Source: a virus. From it: a DNA stretch of 41,232 bases. This document shows positions 1 through 7,862 of the stretch, piece after piece. Position 1 is the first letter of the stretch. The number at the start of each line of letters is the position of its first letter. The translations under genes were made by a program, and so were the position numbers. Under the pieces are notes generated by a model. That model saw only the letters and a program-made list of their open reading frames with translations. It was not told the origin of the DNA and ran no database searches. The stretch lies in the IMG/VR virus record IMGVR_UViG_3300045988_082369, positions 1-41,232 of that record. One strand, written 5' to 3'.

Positions 1-55
1 GGTAGCAGATGAAGGCGGTGAAGATGATGAAGGCACAGGAGAGTAGGCACTCTTG
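1..55. repeat. 55-bp terminal direct repeat, identical to 41178-41232 (overlap of a circular contig)
   Basis: Bases 1-55 equal bases 41178-41232 (55/55). The portal stop codon lies inside the copy. Confidence 0.9.
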
Positions 56-425
56 CGAGTGTGATAAGTGCAAGTACACTTGGGTTATCTCAGAACTATC
101 AGAGGACACAGTTGCCTTGGGTATCAACCTAGTTAAAGTTGTTGGATTCACTTGCCCAAGATGCCAGCAGTTCTACCTCGTTACAATAAGAAATGACGAG
201 ACGGAAGAGATTGTGAGGAATCTTGAGAGGTGTAAGACCCTAGGCAAGTCAAGATTCCCAGTTCACGCACCTGAGCACGAGCAGCAGGAGTACCTCAGAA
301 GGGTCAACAAAGAAGTTGCCTATTGGCAGAGGAAGTATAAGACTGCTCAGTCAAGGTTGAAAAAGGCATACTTGAAAGAGGTGAAGAGACAGCATGGCAC
401 GAGCAGGAACATCACCGTATGCTAG
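9..425 (+). CDS. Small zinc-ribbon protein with a basic C-terminal helix. Paralogue of 2350-2688. Start uncertain (ATG at 9, 24 or 27).
   Basis: Contains CECDKC...CPRC Cys pairs and shares the EDTxALGINL motif with ORF 2350-2688. It overlaps the portal 3' end and the MuF 5' end in other frames. The SD is weak. Confidence 0.5.
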   Translation: MKAVKMMKAQESRHSCECDKCKYTWVISELSEDTVALGINLVKVVGFTCPRCQQFYLVTIRNDETEEIVRNLERCKTLGKSRFPVHAPEHEQQEYLRRVNKEVAYWQRKYKTAQSRLKKAYLKEVKRQHGTSRNITVC

Positions 426-2145
426 AGCTTATATAGACAAGATAAGACTTGCAACGGAACAAGAAAAAAGGCTCAAGGCAATCTACGAATCAGCTGCTAA
501 GGAGGTAGATGACCTACTCAACAACTTCCAACTGCGAGTACCTTCAGATGCCATGAAAAAGGTGTACTATGAACATCTACAAGCTCAGATTGCTGATGTA
601 TATAGAGAAGTCGGGGGTAAGGTTCAGCAGACAGCTATTGACAGCGGTTTGAAATCTGCTCAGCTTGCTATAAATTGCCACAGCAACCAATGGTGTCTTG
701 GAGATGGTGGGGTGTTTGTAGCCTACGGAGGAGCATTCAACCACGTACCTAAGCAAGCAGTGCTTGGGATTGTAACGGGTAAGATATATGATAAGCCTTG
801 GAGTCTTAGCTCATCTATATGGAAAGCTGGGGCTAAGACACAACGAGATGTCGAGACAATCATTTCTCAGGGTCTTATACAGAATAAATCTGTTGAGGAT
901 ATATCCAAGGCAGTGTCTAAGTATGTGAGACCCTCCAAGATTAAGGACTGGGATTGGAATAAGGTGTACCCAGGTGTCAGCAGGTCAGTTGAGTATAATT
1001 CACAACGGCTTGTGCGAACCTTAATACAACATTCGTTCCAAGCAGCGATGGTATCTGTGGAAAAGTCTAACCCATTCTGTCAAGCTATTCAGTGGAATAG
1101 TGCAGCGATTGAGGGTAGAACCTGTGAAATCTGCTTAGATAGAGATGGTCAGAAGTTTTTGCCAAAAGATTTACCGTTTGACCACCCTAACGGGTTATGT
1201 TGGTTCGAGCCTGTAATTGATGACCTAGATGAGGTGGCAAACAAGTTAGCAAGGTGGGTAAACGGGGAACAATTCCCTGAGATAGACAACTACTTAGCAG
1301 ATGCGTTTGGTGTTGACGTTAGCAAGTTCGCAGTTCCTGCAACTAAGAAGTCTATACCGCAAGTGTCATCTCAGGCTACTAAAACAGCTGTAAAGAATCG
1401 CAAGAGCATGCTGAAGGCTGCTCAACCTATTGAAGATAAAGCAGCTTATGTTGATAAGCACTTCAATACCCTCAAGAAAAGGGTTATAAGCAGTGCTCAG
1501 CATAAAGCTACAGGACAAGCAATATGGGATGAGTTGAGATACGAGATGACCAAGTTGGATTCTGATTATCTTAGGTGGATTCAGCAGGGTCAAGATAAAC
1601 TGAAAGCTGTTGTGAATGTCAAGGACGGAGGATGTTATATACAGCATCTGAAGACAATAGAGTTGAATTTTAATCAAGACATTAGAAGTACTGAAGGTAA
1701 GTTTGCCACCTTCTTTCATGAATACGGTCACCACATGGATGAAGTATTTAAAGACGGCAGGAAGGCTCTGTTCAGTAAAGATGCTGAATTTAAGCAAGAT
1801 GTGTGGAAATTGTTGAAAGAGGACGCAGAAAAGAACGTGTTTGAGGCTGGAACTCAGAAGGTACAAAAGAGTGTGAGAGTAGAACTGTGGGCAGATGACC
1901 GCTCATCTCTAGTTCAAGACCTTATATCGGGTCTAACTAAAGATAAAGAGCGAATCAAGTGGGGTCATTCCGCAGAGTATTGGGAGGACAACCAAAAGAA
2001 ACTTCTTTGTCAAGAGTTTATTGCTCACTGTAGCGAGGCTTGGTCGAATCCTGAACGAGCGAAATATATGGAAAAGTATTTTCCACAAGCTTATAAACGA
2101 TTTAAAGATAAAGCAATGGAGTATCTTATCAAGAAGGGGGTATAA
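394..2145 (+). CDS. Head morphogenesis protein (SPP1 gp7 / Mu F-like) with a C-terminal extension of about 250 aa carrying an HExxH motif
   Basis: MuF-type motif WNSAAIEGRTCEICLDRDGQKF...FDHPNG, positioned just after the portal gene. HEYGH is encoded at 1717-1731. GAGGTG SD lies 9 nt upstream of the ATG. Confidence 0.85.
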   Translation: MARAGTSPYARAYIDKIRLATEQEKRLKAIYESAAKEVDDLLNNFQLRVPSDAMKKVYYEHLQAQIADVYREVGGKVQQTAIDSGLKSAQLAINCHSNQWCLGDGGVFVAYGGAFNHVPKQAVLGIVTGKIYDKPWSLSSSIWKAGAKTQRDVETIISQGLIQNKSVEDISKAVSKYVRPSKIKDWDWNKVYPGVSRSVEYNSQRLVRTLIQHSFQAAMVSVEKSNPFCQAIQWNSAAIEGRTCEICLDRDGQKFLPKDLPFDHPNGLCWFEPVIDDLDEVANKLARWVNGEQFPEIDNYLADAFGVDVSKFAVPATKKSIPQVSSQATKTAVKNRKSMLKAAQPIEDKAAYVDKHFNTLKKRVISSAQHKATGQAIWDELRYEMTKLDSDYLRWIQQGQDKLKAVVNVKDGGCYIQHLKTIELNFNQDIRSTEGKFATFFHEYGHHMDEVFKDGRKALFSKDAEFKQDVWKLLKEDAEKNVFEAGTQKVQKSVRVELWADDRSSLVQDLISGLTKDKERIKWGHSAEYWEDNQKKLLCQEFIAHCSEAWSNPERAKYMEKYFPQAYKRFKDKAMEYLIKKGV

Positions 2146-2146
2146 G

Positions 2147-2326
2147 ATGGATAAACTTATAGCAGCAATGGACAGCTATCATGACAAGTTCAATAAGTAT
2201 TTTCCCACAATGTGCTTTATGGGGTCTACGGACGATGAGTTTGTTGACATGATTGATAAGTGCTTGAAGGCTGGTAAGTCCGCAGAAGATTTATATAAGC
2301 TCGATTATAAACACAACCTATATTAA
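2147..2326 (+). CDS. 59-aa hypothetical protein coupled to the MuF gene (candidate immunity or partner protein)
   Basis: The ATG is 1 nt after the MuF stop (TAAGATG), with a G-rich SD at 2134-2140. No recognisable motif. Confidence 0.5.
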   Translation: MDKLIAAMDSYHDKFNKYFPTMCFMGSTDDEFVDMIDKCLKAGKSAEDLYKLDYKHNLY

Positions 2327-2349
2327 TGCGTACGAGCGAGGAGGAATTT

Positions 2350-2688
2350 ATGAAGAAGGCAACAAAACTTTGTGAAAATTGCAAGCACGTAATACAAGTA
2401 ACAAAGTCCAATATACAGCTAAAGTCAGTTGATGTTGGTCTTGATGAGCCTATATTGGCTACTTATATGGAGTGCCCTGTATGTGGAGACATCACACTTT
2501 GCCAGCTAGATACAGAAGACACCTACGCACTAGGAATCAATCTAGCCAAGAAGGAACGACTGAGGAATCAGGGCAAGCTGACTAAAGGTCAGAAACAGAG
2601 ATTACAACAGCTAAACAAACAGCTGTGTAATAAAAGAGGCAGCCTCAAGCCTTATCGAGGTCAGGTTTACCAGCTTATCTGTGACTAA
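2350..2688 (+). CDS. Zinc-ribbon protein, paralogue of 9-425
   Basis: CENC...CPVC Cys pairs, EDTYALGINL motif, and a K/Q/R-rich C-terminal helix. GAGGAGGA SD at 2338-2345 favours the ATG at 2350 over 2326. Confidence 0.6.
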   Translation: MKKATKLCENCKHVIQVTKSNIQLKSVDVGLDEPILATYMECPVCGDITLCQLDTEDTYALGINLAKKERLRNQGKLTKGQKQRLQQLNKQLCNKRGSLKPYRGQVYQLICD

Positions 2689-2776
2689 AGTTGGGAAATA
2701 TTGCTAACCAAGGGCAACTAGAACAAGTCTTGGGATTTACCCGGTACTTGCACCGTTAAGCAAGGAGGAGGATATT

Positions 2777-3451
2777 ATGAACAAATTTCTGTCAAACAAG
2801 TGGTTTATACCAATGCTAGCACCAGACCCAGCAGGAGGTTCTGGAGGTGGAGACCCTAGTGGCGGAGACCTAGCAGGGAACGACCCTGAGGGCAAAGACC
2901 CTAAAGGGGGTGATGGTGAAGGTGGTAACGAACCTAAATTCACTCAGGAACAGCTAAACAGCTATCTGGCTGCAGAACGCAAGAAAGCTTCAGCAGGAGC
3001 ATTCAAAGAGTTTGGATTTAAGACCGCAGATGAGGCTAAGACTTTCATTGAGAAGTACAGAGCGGAAGAGGACAAGAACAAGTCAGAACTGGAGAAGGCT
3101 CAAGGGTCATTAGCTACAACTAAGGATGAGCTCAAGGCAGAACAGCTTAAAGCTCAGAATCTTGAGTACAAATTCGAGGCAATTTCACAGGGCTGTGCAG
3201 CTGCTAACGCAGATGACGTTGTGACTCTTGCTAAGGGTCGTATGTCAGACACTGTAGACTTCAAGGCAGCTTTGGAGGAAGTGAAGAAGGCATACCCTGC
3301 AATGTTCGATGATGACTCTCAATCTCCACGAGGAACAGGAAAGGGTGGCAACCCTCCTAGACAGGGTGGAGGAAAAGGTATTGACGGGATTGGTAAAAGG
3401 CTTGCAACTGGCAGTAAAAAGCCTTCATCTAACCCATATTTCAAAGGCTAA
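2777..3451 (+). CDS. Capsid scaffolding protein
   Basis: Gly/Asp/Pro-rich N-terminus followed by a long charged coiled coil (FTQEQLNSYLAAERKKA...). Sits just upstream of the capsid genes. AAGGAGGAGGA SD. Confidence 0.7.
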   Translation: MNKFLSNKWFIPMLAPDPAGGSGGGDPSGGDLAGNDPEGKDPKGGDGEGGNEPKFTQEQLNSYLAAERKKASAGAFKEFGFKTADEAKTFIEKYRAEEDKNKSELEKAQGSLATTKDELKAEQLKAQNLEYKFEAISQGCAAANADDVVTLAKGRMSDTVDFKAALEEVKKAYPAMFDDDSQSPRGTGKGGNPPRQGGGKGIDGIGKRLATGSKKPSSNPYFKG

Positions 3452-3470
3452 ATACTAAGGAGGTATTGAT

Positions 3471-3830
3471 ATGGCAATGAAAATTACAAGGGCTGTAGGA
3501 GAAACACAGATTCTATTTGCGACTGAACCTCAGCTATCAGTTGGTTGTGTAGTTCCAGCATCTCTAGGGGTTGCTGACTCTAACGGTAAGAAGGTTGTTA
3601 AGGCAGGAACACCTATCAAGGTTGATTTTGCTAACCTACAGACAGCAGTTAGCTCAGCAACAACAGGTAACAATGCTGTACTTCTACACGATGTAGATGT
3701 AACTAGCGGTAACAACAACGGAACAGCACTAATCTGTGGATACGTTAACATCAACAGGCTAGAGTCTACTGTTCAGGCTAAGGTTACAGCTGGTACTAAG
3801 ATTGGCGACGTTCAGTTCATCAAGGGCTAA
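3471..3830 (+). CDS. Putative head decoration protein (same position as lambda gpD)
   Basis: 119-aa Gly/Thr/Val-rich protein directly upstream of an E-type major capsid gene. AAGGAGG SD. The call rests on position and size only. Confidence 0.45.
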   Translation: MAMKITRAVGETQILFATEPQLSVGCVVPASLGVADSNGKKVVKAGTPIKVDFANLQTAVSSATTGNNAVLLHDVDVTSGNNNGTALICGYVNINRLESTVQAKVTAGTKIGDVQFIKG

Positions 3831-3875
3831 GTCAATCTACCACAAAAGTTAATGAACTACTAAGGAGGTAAACAT

Positions 3876-4913
3876 ATGGTAACAATTTTTGACCTAGTAA
3901 GAGCAAATGAAGTTGCATCTTATTGGAACGAAACAAATGCTAACTCTGTACCGTTTCTTGGGGAAACACTATTCCCAAACAACAAGAAACTTGGTCTCAC
4001 ACTAAGCTGGCTGAAGGGGTCTAAGGGAATTCCAGTATCTCTCAAGCTATCTGCATTCGATGCTAAGGCAGTGCCAAGAGCTAGAATGGGGCTAGACAAG
4101 GCAACAGCAGACATGCCATTCTTCAAGGAATCTATGTATGTTGATGAAAAGCTCAGACAGGAACTCAACAAGGTTATCGAGTCGGGCAATCAGGCATACA
4201 TCGATGCTGTGATGAACAGGGTCTTCAATGATGAGGTAACTCTAATTGAGGCTGCTGCTGTAGCTAGAGAGAGAATGAGAATGATGCTTCTCACAACAGG
4301 AACAATCTCAATCGCATCCAACGGTCAGGCATATGACTACAACTACGGCATTGATTCTGCTCAGAAGAAGACAGTCACAAAGGATTGGTCAGACCCAACA
4401 GCAGACATCATCGGAGATATCACAGCTTGGCAGGAGGATAGAGAGACAACTGTAGGTGTTAAGCCAACAAGAGCTATCTGTGATAGAAAAACTTGGGGCT
4501 ACATGCTCAAGAACACAGCTATCGTGAAGTCCATCTTCGCTCTATCTGACGGGTCAACTCACGTATCCAACAACAAGCTCAGAGACTTCCTCATGGACGA
4601 GCTAGAGCTTGAGGTTGTTGTTTACAGCAAGAAGTACAAGGATGAGACTGGTGCTGTTAAGCCTTACGTTCCAGCAGACACATTCGTTCTATTCCCTGAA
4701 GGAGACCTTGGCAATACTTGGTTCGGAACAACCCCTGAGGAATCAGACCTCATGGCAAGTGGTGTAGAGAACGTGGCTATTGTAGATGACGGTGTAGCTG
4801 TAACTACAATGAAGTCCTACGACCCTGTGAATGTTGAAACTAAGGTAACTCAGATTTGTCTGCCTGACTTCCCAACAGCAGACCAGATTATCATAGCAGA
4901 CCTAACTGTTTAA
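3876..4913 (+). CDS. Major capsid protein (lambda gpE-like family)
   Basis: 345 aa. N-terminal pattern ...FLGETLFPNNKKLGLTLSWLKGSKGIPVSLKLSAFDAKA... is typical of E-family capsid proteins. Position fits. AAGGAGG SD. Confidence 0.85.
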   Translation: MVTIFDLVRANEVASYWNETNANSVPFLGETLFPNNKKLGLTLSWLKGSKGIPVSLKLSAFDAKAVPRARMGLDKATADMPFFKESMYVDEKLRQELNKVIESGNQAYIDAVMNRVFNDEVTLIEAAAVARERMRMMLLTTGTISIASNGQAYDYNYGIDSAQKKTVTKDWSDPTADIIGDITAWQEDRETTVGVKPTRAICDRKTWGYMLKNTAIVKSIFALSDGSTHVSNNKLRDFLMDELELEVVVYSKKYKDETGAVKPYVPADTFVLFPEGDLGNTWFGTTPEESDLMASGVENVAIVDDGVAVTTMKSYDPVNVETKVTQICLPDFPTADQIIIADLTV

Positions 4914-4931
4914 TCTGAGAGGAGGTACAAT

Positions 4932-5303
4932 ATGATTGTTATAACAAATGGTGTAAAGTCCATCATGGTAACCACAGGTGCTTACAAAGACATCTTCAAG
5001 GGTCAGGGCTGGTCTCCAGTCGAGGGCGAAATTGGCGATTTAAGCCACGAAAATTCTCAGTCTGAGGAAAACCCTGAGGGTGGGGAAGAAAACCTCACTG
5101 AGGAGAAATTTGATGGCAAAAACGATGACCTAGACGAGGAGGGTTCAGACGATGATTCTGAGCCTGAGAGCGACGACATCGATTTTAACTCCATGACAAT
5201 TAAAGAGCTCAACACTTTTGCTGAGGAGCATGGAATTGATGTCAGCGGTGTATCGGTTAAGGCTGATATAATTGCTCTCATCTTGTCAGAATTGGAGGAC
5301 TAA
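4932..5303 (+). CDS. Acidic protein with a C-terminal HeH (Rho_N/SAP-like) motif
   Basis: Central D/E-rich tract, then MTIKELNTFAEEHGIDVSGVSVKADIIALI. GAGGAGG SD. Confidence 0.6.
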   Translation: MIVITNGVKSIMVTTGAYKDIFKGQGWSPVEGEIGDLSHENSQSEENPEGGEENLTEEKFDGKNDDLDEEGSDDDSEPESDDIDFNSMTIKELNTFAEEHGIDVSGVSVKADIIALILSELED

Positions 5304-5307
5304 GGCT

Positions 5308-5556
5308 GTGAGTGCATCTCTAATCAAGTTGAAAACCATTCTTCGTGAGGCTGAGATGCCTATGTTCACAGACGAACAGCTGACAGAGTATCTAAGCTCA
5401 TCAAGTTCGTTCGAGCAGGCAGCCTATGAATTGCTGTTAATTAAGTCTGAGAACACTGCTGTTCAGCTTTCGGGTCTATCCCTTGCAGACACGTCAGCTT
5501 ACTACAAGAGACTTGCTCAGATGTATAGACCCTTCAACTCAGGGGTCATCGGATAA
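5308..5556 (+). CDS. Head-tail connector (gp6-like) protein
   Basis: GTG start 8 nt after GGAGGA (5294-5299). Position and an FTDEQLTEYL...AAYELLL pattern support the call. The track ORF begins at 5272, inside the previous gene. Confidence 0.5.
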   Translation: MSASLIKLKTILREAEMPMFTDEQLTEYLSSSSSFEQAAYELLLIKSENTAVQLSGLSLADTSAYYKRLAQMYRPFNSGVIG

Positions 5557-5943
5557 ATGAAACGTAATCCGTTAGCAGCAAGGCATCAAATAATTCATGC
5601 GATACGTTGGTATGGTGATGATTATACATTTAAGAGGGCTGTCACTAACGAGTTCGGTGAGCCTACGGGTCAGCCCTCAACCATACAAGTTATAGCAGGG
5701 TTATATCGTGCCTCACGAAAAGAGTTTATTGAGGTTATCGGCAACGATAACGCAACCTTGAAAGTTAAGAATAACCGTGGAATACTCTGTAGGTTTGATG
5801 AGACTATTAAGGTAAAGCAAGGGGATTTGGTGATTATAGCAGACCATTGGACATTTAAGGTCACAGCAGTTGAGCCTGTGTTGATAGGAAATGTTGTAAT
5901 TGCTCAAGACATATCAATCGAGGAAGTTGTTCAGGAGGTTTAA
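5557..5943 (+). CDS. Head closure / head-tail adaptor protein
   Basis: Call rests on position and size (128 aa) within the connector cluster. Confidence 0.4.
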   Translation: MKRNPLAARHQIIHAIRWYGDDYTFKRAVTNEFGEPTGQPSTIQVIAGLYRASRKEFIEVIGNDNATLKVKNNRGILCRFDETIKVKQGDLVIIADHWTFKVTAVEPVLIGNVVIAQDISIEEVVQEV

Positions 5944-5946
5944 CCA

Positions 5947-6303
5947 ATGAAAGTCGATATATCAGATATGGCAGAAAAACTTGCTGTTGCGACTACTAAG
6001 ACAGATGCTGCTCTGCTGGTATTCGGCAAGCAAGCTGCAACTAAGCTCGAAAATTCTGCCAAGAGAAATGCTAGATGGACTGATAGGACGGGGTCAGCTA
6101 GAGGTAGGCTGAAGGCTGAACCGTCCTTGAGACCTAATGGACTAAGAATCTCACTAGCTCATGGAGTAGATTATGGCATATGGTTAGAGCTAGCCAACGA
6201 AAAGCGATATGCGATTATCGAGGAAACAATAAGAGATGTTGGCTCTCGAGAGATTATGCCAGCACTTAACAAGTTTATGGAGGAATTAGGTCGTGGAATC
6301 TAG
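5947..6303 (+). CDS. HK97 gp10-like tail-proximal component
   Basis: 118 aa with NAKRNARWTDRTGSARGRL, resembling the gp10-family core. Position fits. Confidence 0.5.
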   Translation: MKVDISDMAEKLAVATTKTDAALLVFGKQAATKLENSAKRNARWTDRTGSARGRLKAEPSLRPNGLRISLAHGVDYGIWLELANEKRYAIIEETIRDVGSREIMPALNKFMEELGRGI

Positions 6304-6649
6304 GTGGCAGGAAATTTACAAGAAACTCAAGGACGGGGGCATTGACGTGTATGCCCCTTCCCAAAAAACAGGTGAGTGTTTAAAACCGTACGTTGTTGTG
6401 AAAGATGGGGGATTGACTGATATAGCTGGTATCTCAAGTAGCCAGCACGTATATGACATTCTCTGCTACGTTCCTAAGGCTAATTACAGTACACTTGAGC
6501 CTTACGTTGAACGGGTCGAGGATATATTGCTGGGTCTATATCCTACGTTGAGACCGCTTAACAGCAAGACACCATCTTATTATGATGACACGGTAAAAGC
6601 TCACATGATAAGCGTTAGCTACACGAATTACAGGAAAAATAGGAGGTAA
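6293..6649 (+). CDS. Tail completion / tail terminator-like protein
   Basis: GTG start 8 nt after GGAGGA (6279-6284). Positional call only. Confidence 0.4.
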   Translation: MESRWQEIYKKLKDGGIDVYAPSQKTGECLKPYVVVKDGGLTDIAGISSSQHVYDILCYVPKANYSTLEPYVERVEDILLGLYPTLRPLNSKTPSYYDDTVKAHMISVSYTNYRKNRR

Positions 6650-6651
6650 CA

Positions 6652-7218
6652 ATGGCACTAAAGAAAGTTACAGAAATCCCTACAATTGATGTCAACCTTG
6701 TGACTATCAAGGCTAAGGATGATGCGACTGAGTACGCACTCGACACAGCATCTGAAATTGAAACTGACACTCAGATTGAGGAAACGGATGCTGTAAAACT
6801 TGTTGTCAAGGGTGTGCTAAAGGCACAGAAACCTAAGACCGCAACTCTTACGGGTCACAAGATTAAGCTCAAGGATAACGTGTTTACGCCTGAGCTGGTT
6901 AAGATTCTTCAGGGTGGAACTATCACAATGGACGCAGGAAATCCTAAGAAGGTTCTCAAGTACGAACCGCCAAAGGTTGGTGAAGTTGTGAAACTACCGC
7001 CATTTACTCTGTGTGCTTACTCAGCTATTTACAACGCAGCTGGGCAGGTTACAGGATATGAGAAGATTTCATACCCTAATTGCAAGGGCGAACCTATCTC
7101 ATTCAACTCTGAGGACGGCAAGTTCAGAACACCTGAGTACACAATTTACAGTGCACCTGATACGGGTCAAGCACCATACACAATAGAATTTGTGGACGCA
7201 TTACCACAGATTTCATAG
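6652..7218 (+). CDS. Major tail (tube) protein
   Basis: 188-aa ORF immediately upstream of the chaperone pair and tape measure gene. AGGAGG SD. Confidence 0.6.
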   Translation: MALKKVTEIPTIDVNLVTIKAKDDATEYALDTASEIETDTQIEETDAVKLVVKGVLKAQKPKTATLTGHKIKLKDNVFTPELVKILQGGTITMDAGNPKKVLKYEPPKVGEVVKLPPFTLCAYSAIYNAAGQVTGYEKISYPNCKGEPISFNSEDGKFRTPEYTIYSAPDTGQAPYTIEFVDALPQIS

Positions 7219-7243
7219 TAGATAACTAAACGGAGGAGACAAA

Positions 7244-7696
7244 ATGGAATTTAACAGAGTATCAACAATTGATGAGCTAAGAGCAATGGCATCTGGAGAA
7301 CTGGTGGAGCTACCGCCATTTACCAAGGGTCAGAAGTTCGTGGCTAAGCTAAAAAGACCCTCGATGCTGAAGATGGTAGAGAAGGGGTCAATCCCTAATT
7401 CGCTACTTCACGCAGCAAACAGTCTATTCGCAGGAGGGGTTAACAAAGACCTTGCAGACAATGACGATTTTCTCAAGGACATGCTGGCTGTTATTGATGT
7501 AATGGCTGAGTCGGTATTTGTAGAACCTACTTGGGGTGCAATTAAGGCTGCTGGGATAGAGCTAACCGATGAGCAGTACATGTTCATCTTCAACTATGCT
7601 CAGGAGGGGGTAAAGGCTGTTGAACCCTCTGTTGAAAAGCCAGCGAATACTACAAATTATGAATATGGCGAGGGAGTACAGAACAACGCCATCTAA
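7244..7696 (+). CDS. Tail assembly chaperone (G-like)
   Basis: 150-aa acidic ORF between the major tail and tape measure genes. GGAGGAG SD. Confidence 0.6.
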   Translation: MEFNRVSTIDELRAMASGELVELPPFTKGQKFVAKLKRPSMLKMVEKGSIPNSLLHAANSLFAGGVNKDLADNDDFLKDMLAVIDVMAESVFVEPTWGAIKAAGIELTDEQYMFIFNYAQEGVKAVEPSVEKPANTTNYEYGEGVQNNAI

Positions 7697-7862
7697 TATT
7701 ATTGGTATTCGTGAGGAGTATGCTGCCTTTTGTCTGAATGAGGCTTGCTTCTATATTCAATCTAAGATTGATGAGGGAGAGCAACCAGTTTTCCACAAGA
7801 AAAAAGCCTCATTCACCTCTATGTATAAAGATTTACAGAAAGGAGGGGTTACATGGCAGTAA
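7620..7862 (+). CDS. Tail assembly chaperone extension (T-like). Probably expressed by a +1 frameshift from 7244-7696.
   Basis: This frame is open from 7614, overlaps the upstream ORF by 83 nt, and ends by overlapping the tape measure ATG. The -1 frame is closed by stops at 7621 and 7633. CCC_U lies at 7625-7628. Confidence 0.45.
   Translation: MNPLLKSQRILQIMNMAREYRTTPSNIIGIREEYAAFCLNEACFYIQSKIDEGEQPVFHKKKASFTSMYKDLQKGGVTWQ

Noticed and set aside
1366-1866. Minus-strand 166-aa ORF, and similar antisense ORFs within structural genes (3530-3754, 3920-4189, 5057-5281, 7870-10899, 40150-40557)
   Set aside because: All lie antisense inside long, motif-supported plus-strand genes. They lack SD sequences and have low-complexity or hydrophobic shadow composition.
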